Positions 47,292-60,162 are shown, counted from the first letter of the stretch. The stretch: 64,000 bases of DNA from Candidatus Bathyarchaeia archaeon (GCA_035529595.1 DATKWK010000023.1:142961-206960); one strand, 5' to 3'. The notes: generated from the sequence alone by a model not told the origin. Translations and numbers: made by a program.

Positions 47292-48029
47292 ATGTCAGGT
47301 CATTCAAAATGGAGTACAATAAAGCATCAAAAAGAAGCGCAGGATCAAAAGCGGGGGTTGGTTTTTACCAAATTGAGTCGGGCAATTGCCATTGCCGTTC
47401 GCAAGGGGGGCTCTCCTGATCCAGAGACGAATTTTATTCTCCGGTTGGCAATCGAAAAAGCAAGGTCGGCCAATATGCCGAAGGAAAATATTAAAAAGGC
47501 AATCGAACGGGGTAGCGGTGGAGGAGAAGGAACCGTACAAATCTTGAAGGAGGCTGTTTATGAGGGGTTTGGCCCGGAGCAAGTAGGAATAATCATCGAG
47601 ACCTTAACCGACAATACGAATCGAACTGTTTCCGAATTAAAGAAAATATTCGAAACAAAAGGGGGGAGTCTGGCATCTCCCGGTTCCGTTGCCTATTTAT
47701 TTAATAAAGCTGGTTTTCTAATTGTTGAAAAAGTAGGTAATTCTGAAAATCAGCTGTTAAAGCTGATTGATCTGGGAGCCGAAGACGTAGAGGAAATTCA
47801 AAACGGAATTGGGGTATATGTCCAACCAGATCAGTTGGCTCATTTTAAAGAGATGCTCGTCAATTCCGGCTTTAAGGTAAGGGAAATGGAGATGGTAATG
47901 AGACCAAAAGCTCCGATTGTAATTAAGGATAAAAAGGTGTCAGAAAAACTTCTGGCTTTGATGGATGCCCTAAACGAGCACGATAACGTTCAAAAAGTTT
48001 GGGTGAATTTCAATATTGGTATTGGTTAG
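47292..48029 (+). CDS. yebC: YebC/PmpR family protein
   Basis: MSGHSKW.TIKH.K, YEGFGP and TDN.NRT. Confidence 0.95.
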   Translation: MSGHSKWSTIKHQKEAQDQKRGLVFTKLSRAIAIAVRKGGSPDPETNFILRLAIEKARSANMPKENIKKAIERGSGGGEGTVQILKEAVYEGFGPEQVGIIIETLTDNTNRTVSELKKIFETKGGSLASPGSVAYLFNKAGFLIVEKVGNSENQLLKLIDLGAEDVEEIQNGIGVYVQPDQLAHFKEMLVNSGFKVREMEMVMRPKAPIVIKDKKVSEKLLALMDALNEHDNVQKVWVNFNIGIG

Positions 48030-48074
48030 TAATAAGATCTTGGGGGCAGTCGTAAGATAGGATAATTGGATTCT

Positions 48075-48845
48075 ATGTCGAAAAGAAAAAAAATTATCGC
48101 TACGTCTTTGCTGTTGTCGATAGGTCTAGTTCTTATTCAGACGCGGATTATTCACCAGCGTTACTTGGCAATTCTGATTTTGAGTATATTAAGTTGGCTC
48201 CTCTCGGCTTGGACTCTCAGAGAAGGGTTGAAAGGGATTGGCTGGTTAACTGTTCTTATGCTTCCCTGTCTTTTTACGGCTAGTATAGGCTTGTTTTATT
48301 TTCTTTTACCGGCTCAGTTGGTGGCCCGGATTCCCATTATTATTCTTTATGCTCTGGGGATATATATTCTTTTACTAACCGAGAACATTTTTTCAATCGC
48401 CAGCTTTCGCAATATTCAACTGCTCCGTTCTGCTCAGGCTACTGGTTTTCTTCTGACTCTAATTACCGCGTTTTTCCTATTCGATACTGCTTTTTCTTTC
48501 AGACTTGATCCATGGGCAAACTTTATCGTAATATTAATCATCACTTTTTTTCTAGCACTGCAAGCTCTCTGGTCGGTTAGTCTTGAGGGAAAGGTTACTT
48601 TTAAATTAATTTATACCAGTTTAGTGGCTGCTCTAGTTTTGAGTGAAATTGGCCTGGTAGTTTCTTTCTGGCCGATGGCAATTCCTACCAGTTCGCTCTT
48701 CCTGATTACTGTTTTATATATTCTTCTTGGTTTAATCCAAAGCAAGTTTCAGGAAAAGCTCTTTAGAAATACAGTTAAAGAATATCTTTACGTTGGCATG
48801 GCGGTCTTTGTAATGGTTTGTTTAACTACTAAATGGGGCGGCTAA
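48075..48845 (+). CDS. Conserved polytopic membrane protein
   Basis: About 9 hydrophobic helices; 'LL.ENIF....R.IQLLR.A'. Confidence 0.7.
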   Translation: MSKRKKIIATSLLLSIGLVLIQTRIIHQRYLAILILSILSWLLSAWTLREGLKGIGWLTVLMLPCLFTASIGLFYFLLPAQLVARIPIIILYALGIYILLLTENIFSIASFRNIQLLRSAQATGFLLTLITAFFLFDTAFSFRLDPWANFIVILIITFFLALQALWSVSLEGKVTFKLIYTSLVAALVLSEIGLVVSFWPMAIPTSSLFLITVLYILLGLIQSKFQEKLFRNTVKEYLYVGMAVFVMVCLTTKWGG

Positions 48846-49336
48846 AAAAAGATAAAGGAGGCGAAGAGAAGGGGAGTAGCTAGTGTTATCCTATAATATA
48901 TTCTATTATATCTTTTCACGAACCCAATCCATAGTTTTCACGAACAGCAGATTAAAGGCAAGACCGCCAGAAGATATTTGACCATGGGCATGTAGCTAAC
49001 TTAAGATAAAATCAATATAAAAGCACTCATATTTATTAAGCCTCCTCTCTTCAAGCGGAGGTATCCAAAATCGATATAAAATTAATATTAAATTAGCCTC
49101 ATAATATTACAAGATTGCCCAATCATAGCCCCTTTTTCGTGATATATATTGATATAGTTTAAGAAAAGCTTGTGGAAAAGTAAATGCCGCTTGAAAAGAA
49201 CTTACCTGATTAAAACAAAGAACTAGTTTGCAGACAGTCATGCTATTATGTTTTCTTTTTAAGAAATGGTCCCTATTTCTCCGGACATAGCTTTCTGGTA
49301 AATTTTTAAATAAGACACCAGCTAACCTTTAACACC

Positions 49337-49364
49337 ATGTCGTACAATGTAACTTTTGCGACGT
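49337..49364. other. Candidate dif / Xer recombination site (11-6-11)
   Basis: ATGTCGTACAA-TGTAAC-TTTTGCGACGT; arms are 8/11 inverted-identical; lies 580 bp upstream of a Xer recombinase gene. Confidence 0.6.
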
Positions 49365-49736
49365 TGGTAGAAAGTAATTGTCGGGGAGGGACTTTTTAGA
49401 AATTTATTATAAAATAAATTGAACAAAATAAAATCTAGAAATAGATAATACTGAATAAGCTTTTGATAAAGATTTCTCTATTATGTGAACATCTTATGAT
49501 TATAATAATAATTACTTTTTAGGCAGACGATACTTCTCCGTTCTTTGTCGGTATCCCCTGGTAATTTTTTGGTTAATCAATGACAATTTTTTATGTTTGT
49601 GTCAATTAATATGATCACTTAATCGGGTAGACTCCTAAACAGGCTTTAAAATGGCTCTAGGCGGCTCGTTCTATTTAAAAGTGATATGGGTTTAAAAAAG
49701 TTTATTTATTTACCGCCATTTTATCCTTTATTACTT

Positions 49737-49778
49737 ATGTCGCACAATATTGACATTAAAATTGTTTTAGATTATGAT
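49737..49778 (+). promoter_or_regulatory. xer promoter with adjacent dif-like half site
   Basis: Half site ATGTCGCACAA (49737-49747), TTGACA 49750-49755, 17 bp spacer, TATGAT 49773-49778. Confidence 0.6.
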
Positions 49779-49945
49779 GTTTATGTAATAAGCAAGACGG
49801 ATGTAAATCATATTTAACCACGGATATTAAATTACAATTAATATATTATGGTTGGAAAGAGTTTATCCTAACATGAAAATTATAGGCCTATTCCCCTACT
49901 TCACTATAGGATTAATTCGGGACCAGAAAAGAAATTTCTTCTTCG

Positions 49946-50899
49946 ATGAAAGAAAAAAAAGACTTGAATCAATTAATTGAAGAGTTCTTGGAACACTTGG
50001 AAGTTGAAAAAAACGCTTCTAGGCTGACAATTAGAAATTATCGCCACTATCTTGGTCGTCTTTTAACTTGGATTGGAAAGAATTTTCCCGGAACTCAAAT
50101 CGATCAGCTTGATCTGGAAATAATTCAGAAATATAGGGTATATTTAGCCCGATATATAGGCAAAAATGGCGAAAGCTTGGCGCTTGTCACTCAGGGCTAT
50201 CATGTGATAGCTTTGCGCTCTTTTCTTAAGTGGCTTCTTAAAAATGATTATAAGACGCTTACTCCAGAGAAAATAGACTTACCTAAGACGCGTTCTAGGT
50301 CATTAAAGTTCTTAACTTTGGAGCAAATCGAAAGCTTACTGGCTCAACCTGCAATCTCGACTATTCGCGGCTTAAGAAATAAGGCAATCTTGGAAATAAT
50401 GTTTTCTACAGGACTACGGGTGTCTGAGGTGGTTAGACTTGACCGTGATCAAGTGAACCTAAAGACACGGGAATTTGGAATAGTCGGTAAGGGCGGCAAG
50501 GCGCGCGTGGTTTTTTTATCTTACCGGGTTGTCAAGTGGCTGACTCGATATCTATCTCAAAGGAAAGACGATTTGAAGCCATTATTTATTAATCACCAAA
50601 AAAAATATGAGGTTGATAAGATTGCCGATCGAAAAACTGATAAGAACGTCAGACTAGGCGTTAGATCGATCCAGCGGTTGGTCAAAAGATATGCTAGGAA
50701 AGCTAAGCTGCCGATTGAAGTAACCCCTCATGTTATCCGTCACTCTTTTGCTACCGATCTGCTTATAGCTGGCGCAGATCTAAGATCGGTTCAAGAGATG
50801 CTTGGACACCAAAATATATCTACGACTCAAATTTATACCCACGTTACTAATCGGCAACTTCGCCAGGTCCACGATGCGTTTCACCGAAAAGGCAGTTAG
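49946..50899 (+). CDS. XerC/XerD-family tyrosine recombinase
   Basis: TGLRVSE, GKG.K.R, HVIRHSFAT, LGH and TTQIYT catalytic R-K-H-R-H-Y set. Confidence 0.95.
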   Translation: MKEKKDLNQLIEEFLEHLEVEKNASRLTIRNYRHYLGRLLTWIGKNFPGTQIDQLDLEIIQKYRVYLARYIGKNGESLALVTQGYHVIALRSFLKWLLKNDYKTLTPEKIDLPKTRSRSLKFLTLEQIESLLAQPAISTIRGLRNKAILEIMFSTGLRVSEVVRLDRDQVNLKTREFGIVGKGGKARVVFLSYRVVKWLTRYLSQRKDDLKPLFINHQKKYEVDKIADRKTDKNVRLGVRSIQRLVKRYARKAKLPIEVTPHVIRHSFATDLLIAGADLRSVQEMLGHQNISTTQIYTHVTNRQLRQVHDAFHRKGS

Positions 50900-50924
50900 C
50901 GCAGGATCGAAGCCTCCGCTGTCT

Positions 50925-51162
50925 ATATGGCTTCGAGCCCAAATAATTTTAGGATCGCCATTTTCTGACAGAAAACCGTTTCGGTTAAGGGGAATTTCTT
51001 GGGGAGAAAACCTATAAAAGCGTAACAAAAAATCGGTTTGATAAAGATGGTGCTCGCGTACCAAAGAACTTGCCGGTCTTTGCGCCAATGGCGTATCGGG
51101 TACCGGCCGAAAAGCAGAATAAAAAATTCTTTTCAAGCCGAAATTTTTCGGTAAAGGTTCAC
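50925..51162 (-). pseudogene. Fragment of putative DNA modification/repair radical SAM protein
   Basis: 'LKRIFYSAFRP..REHHLYQTDFLLRFY.F...DPK..WA..H' matches the internal C-terminal part of that family; no CxxxCxxC motif; frameshift at the 5' end. Confidence 0.75.
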
Positions 51163-51252
51163 AGCTTAATATTACCCGAATAAATACCGAAGTGTCAAGT
51201 AAGTCTTAAAACCGATATTCTTAGCTTTCTATCGATAATTCCTTATCTGTCT

Positions 51253-53814
51253 TTATAGACAAGTGGCGGCGGCAACAGTGTCTTCAGCTTTAGAGAAGCG
51301 CATCAGAATGACTCCCTGAGTGTCACGTCCCAATCGAGGGATATTTTTAACGGGAAGCTTAATTACTTGGGCCTTTTTACTAGTTAGAATTAACTGTCTT
51401 GAATGTTGGGTTACCAACTGAGCAAGAACTACTTTGCCGGTTTTATCGGTGATATTGGCAACCTTTACTCCGACACCGCCGCGTTTTTGAATCGGGTACT
51501 GGGATAAGGGCGTTCTTTTACCCAAACCTCTTTCACTAACCGTGAGGATATCGCGGAAGTATTTCCGTCGACGATCTTTGGGTTTTTTGGCTTCGGCGGA
51601 AAAAGTCTCCATGCTGACGACGTAATCATTTTTCTTCAGACGAATACCTTTTACTCCCATGGTGTCTCTTCCCATCGGTCGGGCGTCACTCTCCTTAAAG
51701 CGGATTGACTTACCGTCATACGAAACAAGAAGTATATAGTCTTGGCCACTGGTTGCTTTAGCCCAGCAAAGCTGATCGTTTTCCCGTAGTTTAATTGCAA
51801 TCAGACCGGAAGAACGAATATGGGCAAAACTATCAATCGGAGTCTTTTTTACTATACCCTTGTGAGTAGCCGTGAAGATATATTTCTTCTGACTATTCTT
51901 AGTTAAAGGCAATACTGTCTGAATCAGTTCCCCCTGATCGATATTGATAAGATTAATGATCGCATGACCCTTAGCTTGACGGATGCCTTCGGCAATTTCC
52001 CAGGCAGGTAGAGTAAAAACCCGTCCGTGGTTGGTAAAGAAAAGGATCAAATCGTGAGTATTGCAGGTTAAGAAGTGAGCAATTTCATCCGCTTCTTTAG
52101 TGGTCATGCCGGTAACTCCCTTGCCTCCTCTTCTCTGGCTTCGATAGGTATTGACCGGTAATCTTTTTATATAACCGGTTTTAGTGATCGTAATCAGGCA
52201 TTCCTCGGCGGGGACTAGGTCTTCTTCGGAGAAATTCTCAATTTTCTGAGGAAAAACCAGTGTTTTTCGCTCATCGCCATAAGTTTTCTTAATTTCTTCA
52301 AGCTCTTGAAAGATAACTTCTAGTATTTTTTCCGGATGAACCAAGAGAGTGGTAAGACGATCAATGAGTTTCTTAACTTCCTCGTATTCATCCTCGATTT
52401 TCTTTCTTTCCAGCGCTGCCAACCTTCTCAGTTGCATTTCAAGAATCGCCTCGGCCTGAATCTCAGTCAGGGAGAATTTCTTCATTAAGTTTAAGCGGGC
52501 AGCATCGGCGTCGCGAGACTTCTTAATGGTTTCGATTACCTCATCTAAATTATCAAGAGCGATTTTTAACCCTTCCAAGATATGAGCCCGTTTCTTGGCG
52601 GCTCGGAGATCAAAAAAAGTCCGCTTGGTGATCACTTGTTGACGGTGATGAATAAACTCCATCAAAATCTGTCTCAGCGTCAGGAGACGGGGAACACCAT
52701 TGACCAAGGCAACTATATTAGCCGGATAAGTAATTTGCAGTTGGGTATGTTTATAAAGTTTGTTGATGATTACTTTAGGCTTGGCAATCTTTTTTAATTC
52801 AAGCACGATTCGCAAACCGCGGCGATCTGATTCATCTCTCAAATCGGCAATACCCTTGATTTTCTTATCCTTGATTAAAGAGGCAATCTTGGTAATCAGG
52901 ATTGCTTTGTTAACCTGATACGGAATCTCTGAAATAATGATATCCAGTCTATCTTTATTTGTTTCTTCAATTGAGGTTTTACCGCGGGTTAAGATTCTTC
53001 CCTTACCGGTTGTATAGGTTCTGGTGATTTCTTCTTGATCATAAATTAAGCCGCCGGTTGGGAAGTCAGGGCCTTTGATAAATTTTATCAGGTCTTCAGT
53101 TACAGCTTCGGTTTCAAAGGCCGGAGGGCGTGGTGGTCTGAGATTTTTCTTCCCGGATAAGAGATCAATTTTTTCGATTTCGAATTTTTCCTCACCAGCC
53201 GAGACAATAACCCGACCCTTTTTGATCATGAAGTGAAGGGCGTCAATGACTTCCACCAGATTATGAGGGGGAATTTTGGTAGCCATGCCCACAGCAATTC
53301 CATCCGATCCCATCAGTAAGAGATTAGGTATTTTGGCGGGTAACCATACGGGCTCTTTCAGGCTTCCGTCAAAATTATCCCGGAATTCGACTGTTTCTTT
53401 ATCCAAATCGGACAGCAGCTCATCACTAATCTTAGCCATTTTAGCCTCGGTGTAACGCATAGCTGCCGGAGGATCATCATCAATCGAACCGAAGTTACCT
53501 TGACCGATAACGAGCGGATAGCGCATGGAGAAGTCTTGTGCCAGTCGAACCAGAGCCTGATAAATCGGTCCATCACCATGGGGGTGGTACTTACCCATTG
53601 TTTCGCCAACGATCTTGGCTGACTTTGCGAACTTGCTCTTATGGGTTAGTCCCATTTCTTTCATGGCAAACAGTATGCGGCGGTGGACTGGCTTTAGGCC
53701 ATCGCGAACGTCGGGTAAGGCACGGGAGACAATCACGCTCATCGCATAGTCCAGATAGGACTTTTTCATTTCACGGGTAATTTCTGCCGGAATGATTTTG
53801 CCAATTTGGCCCAT
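51253..53814 (-). CDS. gyrA: DNA gyrase subunit A
   Basis: [30 protein letters not shown] and GyrA-box QRRGGKG. Start is 53814 or 53832. Confidence 0.97.
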   Translation of the reverse strand: MGQIGKIIPAEITREMKKSYLDYAMSVIVSRALPDVRDGLKPVHRRILFAMKEMGLTHKSKFAKSAKIVGETMGKYHPHGDGPIYQALVRLAQDFSMRYPLVIGQGNFGSIDDDPPAAMRYTEAKMAKISDELLSDLDKETVEFRDNFDGSLKEPVWLPAKIPNLLLMGSDGIAVGMATKIPPHNLVEVIDALHFMIKKGRVIVSAGEEKFEIEKIDLLSGKKNLRPPRPPAFETEAVTEDLIKFIKGPDFPTGGLIYDQEEITRTYTTGKGRILTRGKTSIEETNKDRLDIIISEIPYQVNKAILITKIASLIKDKKIKGIADLRDESDRRGLRIVLELKKIAKPKVIINKLYKHTQLQITYPANIVALVNGVPRLLTLRQILMEFIHHRQQVITKRTFFDLRAAKKRAHILEGLKIALDNLDEVIETIKKSRDADAARLNLMKKFSLTEIQAEAILEMQLRRLAALERKKIEDEYEEVKKLIDRLTTLLVHPEKILEVIFQELEEIKKTYGDERKTLVFPQKIENFSEEDLVPAEECLITITKTGYIKRLPVNTYRSQRRGGKGVTGMTTKEADEIAHFLTCNTHDLILFFTNHGRVFTLPAWEIAEGIRQAKGHAIINLINIDQGELIQTVLPLTKNSQKKYIFTATHKGIVKKTPIDSFAHIRSSGLIAIKLRENDQLCWAKATSGQDYILLVSYDGKSIRFKESDARPMGRDTMGVKGIRLKKNDYVVSMETFSAEAKKPKDRRRKYFRDILTVSERGLGKRTPLSQYPIQKRGGVGVKVANITDKTGKVVLAQLVTQHSRQLILTSKKAQVIKLPVKNIPRLGRDTQGVILMRFSKAEDTVAAATCL

Positions 53815-53848
53815 AGATTTTGCTAAAAACAAATAGCGCCGGTTAGGC

Positions 53849-54337
53849 TTAACCTTTAGCCGCTCTCTCTAAGCCTTTATTAATTTCTCTTTCTGCCTCT
53901 TGCCGGGAGCGCCAATTTTTAAGTTTGACCCATTTATTTTTTTCCAGGTCCTTGTAGTGCTCAAAAAAGTTTTTTACCTTTTCCTTGGTACTGTCGTCAA
54001 GATCGTCGATGTTTTGGATTTTGCCTAAGAGCGGATCGACTTTAATATCAGGAACCATCAAAATTTTTGTATCAATCCCCTCCTCATCTTCCATTTCCAA
54101 TAATCCTATGACTTGGCAGCTCATTAGGCAACCCGGATAAACTGATTTAGAAGCGAGAACAACCGCATCCAGCGGGTCTTTATCTTCCCCAATTGTTCCG
54201 GGAATAAAGCCGTAGTTGAAGGGAAAATACATTGCTCCGTGTAAAAAACGGTCGACTCGCAATTGTTTGGCTTTTTTATCGAATTCATATTTAACTAAGC
54301 CGCCTTTGGATATTTCAATAAAAATATCGAGTTTCAT
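53849..54337 (-). CDS. ppa: Family I inorganic pyrophosphatase
   Basis: EI.KG..VKYE.D, NYGFIP.T...D.DPLD and FF.HYK.LE. Confidence 0.95.
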   Translation of the reverse strand: MKLDIFIEISKGGLVKYEFDKKAKQLRVDRFLHGAMYFPFNYGFIPGTIGEDKDPLDAVVLASKSVYPGCLMSCQVIGLLEMEDEEGIDTKILMVPDIKVDPLLGKIQNIDDLDDSTKEKVKNFFEHYKDLEKNKWVKLKNWRSRQEAEREINKGLERAAKG

Positions 54338-54355
54338 ATGTGCCTCCTTGATTTG

Positions 54356-56329
<1,974 letters not shown>

Positions 56330-56400
56330 TTATTTAATGCCTGCGTGCAAAAAAGGAACGCAAAAAGAAACGGCTATAGTATTTATAGCCTCGTAATGGC

Positions 56401-56435
56401 ATTATATCGGGTTATCATGACAGTTGCAACTGTCA
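56401..56435 (-). promoter_or_regulatory. gyrB promoter with 18 bp perfect palindrome centred on the -35
   Basis: TTGCAA (56424-56429)-17 bp-TATAAT (56401-56406); palindrome TGACAGTTGCAACTGTCA at 56418-56435. Confidence 0.65.
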
Positions 56436-56506
56436 ATTCGGTCGGGGTGTTTTAAGGCCGTTTTTGTCGGCGCACAAATTTCTTACCCGGTCAATTTAAT
56501 TTAGCA

Positions 56507-57238
56507 TCATGCATTTTCAATAGTCGGGTAGGCAATAAGTAGGTTTTCGATGAGTAATTTCGGGTTGACATGGTTGTTTAAATATTGCCGAGCTCTCTGC
56601 AGTAAATTAATGATTTTTATTATTTCGTGGAACTTAAGATTCGCAAACGGAAGCATTTGTTTGTCGGTCAATATCCGCTGACGGATTATTTGACGCCAAA
56701 CATGAAGTTGAATATCAACAAAGCCGATTGCTGTTTCCTTTGATTTAGCGATTTTTTCGGCATACAAAAGTCTTCTGCCCGGTCTCATTTCCAAAATCAT
56801 CTTGGTGACCTCGAATTGTTTTTCGATCTCCCCTGCCCCGTAGACGGAGCCGGACTCGACAGGTAATTTAATAATCTCGCAGCGGGAATTGATCGTTTTT
56901 AGAAGTAGATCCTGGTTACGGTTAGTTAAAATTATAATCGAGCTGGCTGGTGGTTCCTCTAGAGTTTTTAAAAGCGCATTTTGAGCGGCGATGGTCAATT
57001 TTTCTGCGTTAATTATCAAGGCGAATTTATGTTTAAGCTGGAAGGGCTTCAGTTGAAGCTGTTTTTTGAGTTGGCGAACCTGGGATATTTTTATCGAATC
57101 AGTTTCCTGGAGAAGAAAAATGTCCGGGTTTTGGAATTGGTCATTGAAGTCCTTATCTTCAATTTTTCTAATAAGGTCAGTAGCTCTTTTTAATCGGATC
57201 TGATCGTTGCCGCCGGTAATCAAAAATGAATGACTCAT
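56507..57238 (-). CDS. holB: DNA polymerase III delta-prime subunit (short form)
   Basis: HSFLITG, PD, IKISQVR, AQNALLKTLEEPP and LL.TI.SRC. Confidence 0.85.
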   Translation of the reverse strand: MSHSFLITGGNDQIRLKRATDLIRKIEDKDFNDQFQNPDIFLLQETDSIKISQVRQLKKQLQLKPFQLKHKFALIINAEKLTIAAQNALLKTLEEPPASSIIILTNRNQDLLLKTINSRCEIIKLPVESGSVYGAGEIEKQFEVTKMILEMRPGRRLLYAEKIAKSKETAIGFVDIQLHVWRQIIRQRILTDKQMLPFANLKFHEIIKIINLLQRARQYLNNHVNPKLLIENLLIAYPTIENA

Positions 57239-57324
57239 GATCAGCTTTGGTGATTATTGTTATTTTTTTTCAATTTCAACTCTCATTGACATTTTACCAC
57301 AGGAGAGGTTAAGATGAATTAGGA

Positions 57325-59061
57325 ATGAATAAACTGCCCACACAGGCTGCTCATAATATTTATACTTCTCTTGAGGACGTGTTAGTCGCCCATCAAGTAT
57401 TGACGCGTGAAGAAATTAATGGGATTAAGCTTGAAAGTGTATCTACGGGGAAAAGTGTCGAAGAAATTGTCACCGAGAGAAAACTAGTTAATCCGGAGGA
57501 ATTAGCCAAAGCCCAAAGCGCTTTTTACAATATTGCCTACATTAATTTAAGCGAGGTCGGAGTTTCGCCGACCGCCCTTAATTTAATTCCCCGGCCAGTG
57601 GCGGAAAACTTTACTCTTGTTCCCTTTGAATACAATCCTTCATCTAATGAACTGTCGGTGGCGATGGCAGAGCCTCTTGATCTCAATGCCATCAAGTTCA
57701 TCGAAAAGAAATCACGGGCGAAAATCATTCCCTATATGGCGACAACTGAGGCGATCCGAAAGGCAATCGAGGAAAGATATGCTCAAAGTTTAGCTACGGA
57801 AGTAAAAGCGGCTTTGAAACGATCAAGCCTCGGAGCCGAAAAAGAGGCAGAAGCGATTGATATTTCTCAGCTAGGTAACATCATCCGGGAGGCGCCGATT
57901 GCTAAAATTGTAGCCACGGTTTTAGAATTTGCAGTTAAATCAAGAGCCTCAGATGTTCATATTGAACCTCAGGAAGAAAAGACGCGCGTGCGTTATCGAA
58001 TTGACGGTATTCTTCATGAGAAACTGGTTTTACCCAGAAGTCTTCATGAAGCAATGGTCTCACGGATAAAAATTCTGTCAGAGATGAAAATTGATGAAAA
58101 GAGAATCCCTCAGGACGGTCGGTTTACTTTTAAAGTAGATAGCCGGATAGTTGATCTTCGTGTTTCTTGTCTACCGACAGTCCATGGAGAGAAGATTGTG
58201 ATGAGGTTACTTAAAAAAGGTGGTGGGGTTATTGATTTACCGGAATTGGGCTTAAGAGGACGGGCTCTGAAGAATTTAGAAGACGCGATTTTGAGACCTC
58301 ACGGAATAATTGTTGTCTGCGGTCCTACTGGTTCAGGGAAAACAACTACTTTGTATTCGGTTATTTCACGGATAAACTCAAGTCGGGTCAATATCTTAAC
58401 TTTAGAAGATCCGGTTGAGTATGAAATTCCGGGAGTTAATCAGGTTCAAGTTAATCGGGCCGCCGGTTTAAGTTTTGCTTCGGGTTTGCGGAGCTTTCTG
58501 CGCCAAGATCCGAATGTTATTATGGTCGGTGAAATTCGCGATGAAGAAACGACGGAGTTAGCTGTGCAGGCAGCTTTAACCGGACACTTAGTCTTTTCAA
58601 CTCTGCATACCAGCAACGCTTCGGGTGCATTACCTCGGCTTCTCGATTTAGGCGGCGAACCGTTTTTACTGGCCTCCTCAATTACCTGTATCTTAGGCCA
58701 AAGAGTTGGCCGTCGGATTTGTATCGATTGTAAAGAGACATATGACGCTTCAGCTGAAGTAGTGGCCAACATTAGGAGCGTTTTAGGCAGCTTATATAAA
58801 GGAGGCAATAAACTTAAGCTCTATCGGGGTAAGGGCTGTCCGGTTTGCAATAACACCGGCTATATGGAAAGAGTCGGTATTTTTGAAGTTTTGCCGGTCT
58901 CGGAAAAAATAGGCCGCCTGATTTTGGAGAGGGCTTCGGCGGCGGAGATAGAAAAACAAGCTGTGGAAGAAGGAATGATTACCATGAAACAGGATGGCTA
59001 CTTGAAAGTCATCGAAGGACTTTCTACCATGGAGGAGATTCTTCGGGTAGCCGAAGCGTAA
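57325..59061 (+). CDS. pilB: Type IV pilus assembly ATPase PilB/GspE
   Basis: ASDVHIEP, PQDGR, GPTGSGKTTT, LRQDP, TGHLV.STLH and a tetra-Cys motif. Confidence 0.95.
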   Translation: MNKLPTQAAHNIYTSLEDVLVAHQVLTREEINGIKLESVSTGKSVEEIVTERKLVNPEELAKAQSAFYNIAYINLSEVGVSPTALNLIPRPVAENFTLVPFEYNPSSNELSVAMAEPLDLNAIKFIEKKSRAKIIPYMATTEAIRKAIEERYAQSLATEVKAALKRSSLGAEKEAEAIDISQLGNIIREAPIAKIVATVLEFAVKSRASDVHIEPQEEKTRVRYRIDGILHEKLVLPRSLHEAMVSRIKILSEMKIDEKRIPQDGRFTFKVDSRIVDLRVSCLPTVHGEKIVMRLLKKGGGVIDLPELGLRGRALKNLEDAILRPHGIIVVCGPTGSGKTTTLYSVISRINSSRVNILTLEDPVEYEIPGVNQVQVNRAAGLSFASGLRSFLRQDPNVIMVGEIRDEETTELAVQAALTGHLVFSTLHTSNASGALPRLLDLGGEPFLLASSITCILGQRVGRRICIDCKETYDASAEVVANIRSVLGSLYKGGNKLKLYRGKGCPVCNNTGYMERVGIFEVLPVSEKIGRLILERASAAEIEKQAVEEGMITMKQDGYLKVIEGLSTMEEILRVAEA

Positions 59062-59100
59062 GTTAAGATTAATAATCTTAGTCTTAGAAAAGGAGTATTT

Positions 59101-60162
59101 ATGACGGCTGAAGAGCTGCTAGAAATTGCTTATAAAGAAAAAGCCTCAGATTTGCACTTGATAGTTGGCGTACCGCCGATTTTAAGAATTGAGGGCTTGA
59201 TTATTTCGGTTTCCAATGAGGAGCCTCTGACAGCGGAACGAAGTAAAGATTTAGTCTTTTCTCTTCTGGCGGAGGAACAGAAGGAAACCTTTCTGGTAAA
59301 TAAAGAGATTGACTTTTCCGTTACTTATCAAGATCTGGCCCGTTTTCGGGTCAATGCTTACTACGAGAGAGGCCATATTTCGGCTTCCCTGAGATTGATT
59401 CCCAATAAAATTCCTACGATTGATGAGCTAATGTTACCTTCAATTTGCCACGAATTTGCCAAACTGAAACAAGGTTTTGTTTTGATTACCGGGCCGACCG
59501 GGCACGGAAAGTCAACAACGCTGGCGGCGATCATTCAGGAGGTTAATGAAACTCGGCGAGAGCATATCGTAACTATCGAAGACCCGATTGAATATGTCCA
59601 TCCTCACAGTAAGTCGATAATCACCCAAAGGGAATTGCGGGCAGACACCCATTCCTGGGAAATTGCGCTTCGATCTGTTTTAAGAGAAGATCCCAATATC
59701 GTTTTAATTGGTGAAATGCGGGATTACGAGACTATTTCGGCGGCTTTGACCATTGCCGAGACCGGGCATTTAGTTTTTGCTACTCTTCATACGAATTCAG
59801 CTGCGCAAACAATTGATAGAATTGTAGACGTGTTTCCACCCCACCAACAGCAACAAGTGAAAACTCAACTTTCCTTTACCCTAGAGGCAATTCTTTCCCA
59901 GCGCTTGGTGCCTTCTTTAGAGAAGAGAAGAATTGTCGCCAGCGAAATCTTGATTGCCAACCCGGCTGTTAGAAACTCTATTCGGGAGGGGCAAACCCAC
60001 TTGATTGATAACGTTATCCAAACATCGGCTGAACTAGGAATGCTTTCCTTGGAAAATGACTTGGCCAGATTGGTTAAAGAAGGAAAGATCAGCTACGAGC
60101 AGGCAAAAGCATTTGCCATCAGGCCGGAAGAATTAACCCGGCGGATTGGACGGGTTCGGTAA
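59101..60162 (+). CDS. pilT: Type IV pilus retraction ATPase
   Basis: ASDLHL, GPTGHGKSTT, LREDP, AETGHLV and an AIRNLIRE-like AVRNSIRE. Confidence 0.95.
   Translation: MTAEELLEIAYKEKASDLHLIVGVPPILRIEGLIISVSNEEPLTAERSKDLVFSLLAEEQKETFLVNKEIDFSVTYQDLARFRVNAYYERGHISASLRLIPNKIPTIDELMLPSICHEFAKLKQGFVLITGPTGHGKSTTLAAIIQEVNETRREHIVTIEDPIEYVHPHSKSIITQRELRADTHSWEIALRSVLREDPNIVLIGEMRDYETISAALTIAETGHLVFATLHTNSAAQTIDRIVDVFPPHQQQQVKTQLSFTLEAILSQRLVPSLEKRRIVASEILIANPAVRNSIREGQTHLIDNVIQTSAELGMLSLENDLARLVKEGKISYEQAKAFAIRPEELTRRIGRVR

Noticed and set aside
48846-49945. oriC
   Set aside because: AT-rich and near gyrBA, but only one near-consensus DnaA box was spotted (TGTGGAAAA, 49171-49179) and there is no dnaA or dnaN. 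A dif-like site fits better. Not excluded without GC skew.
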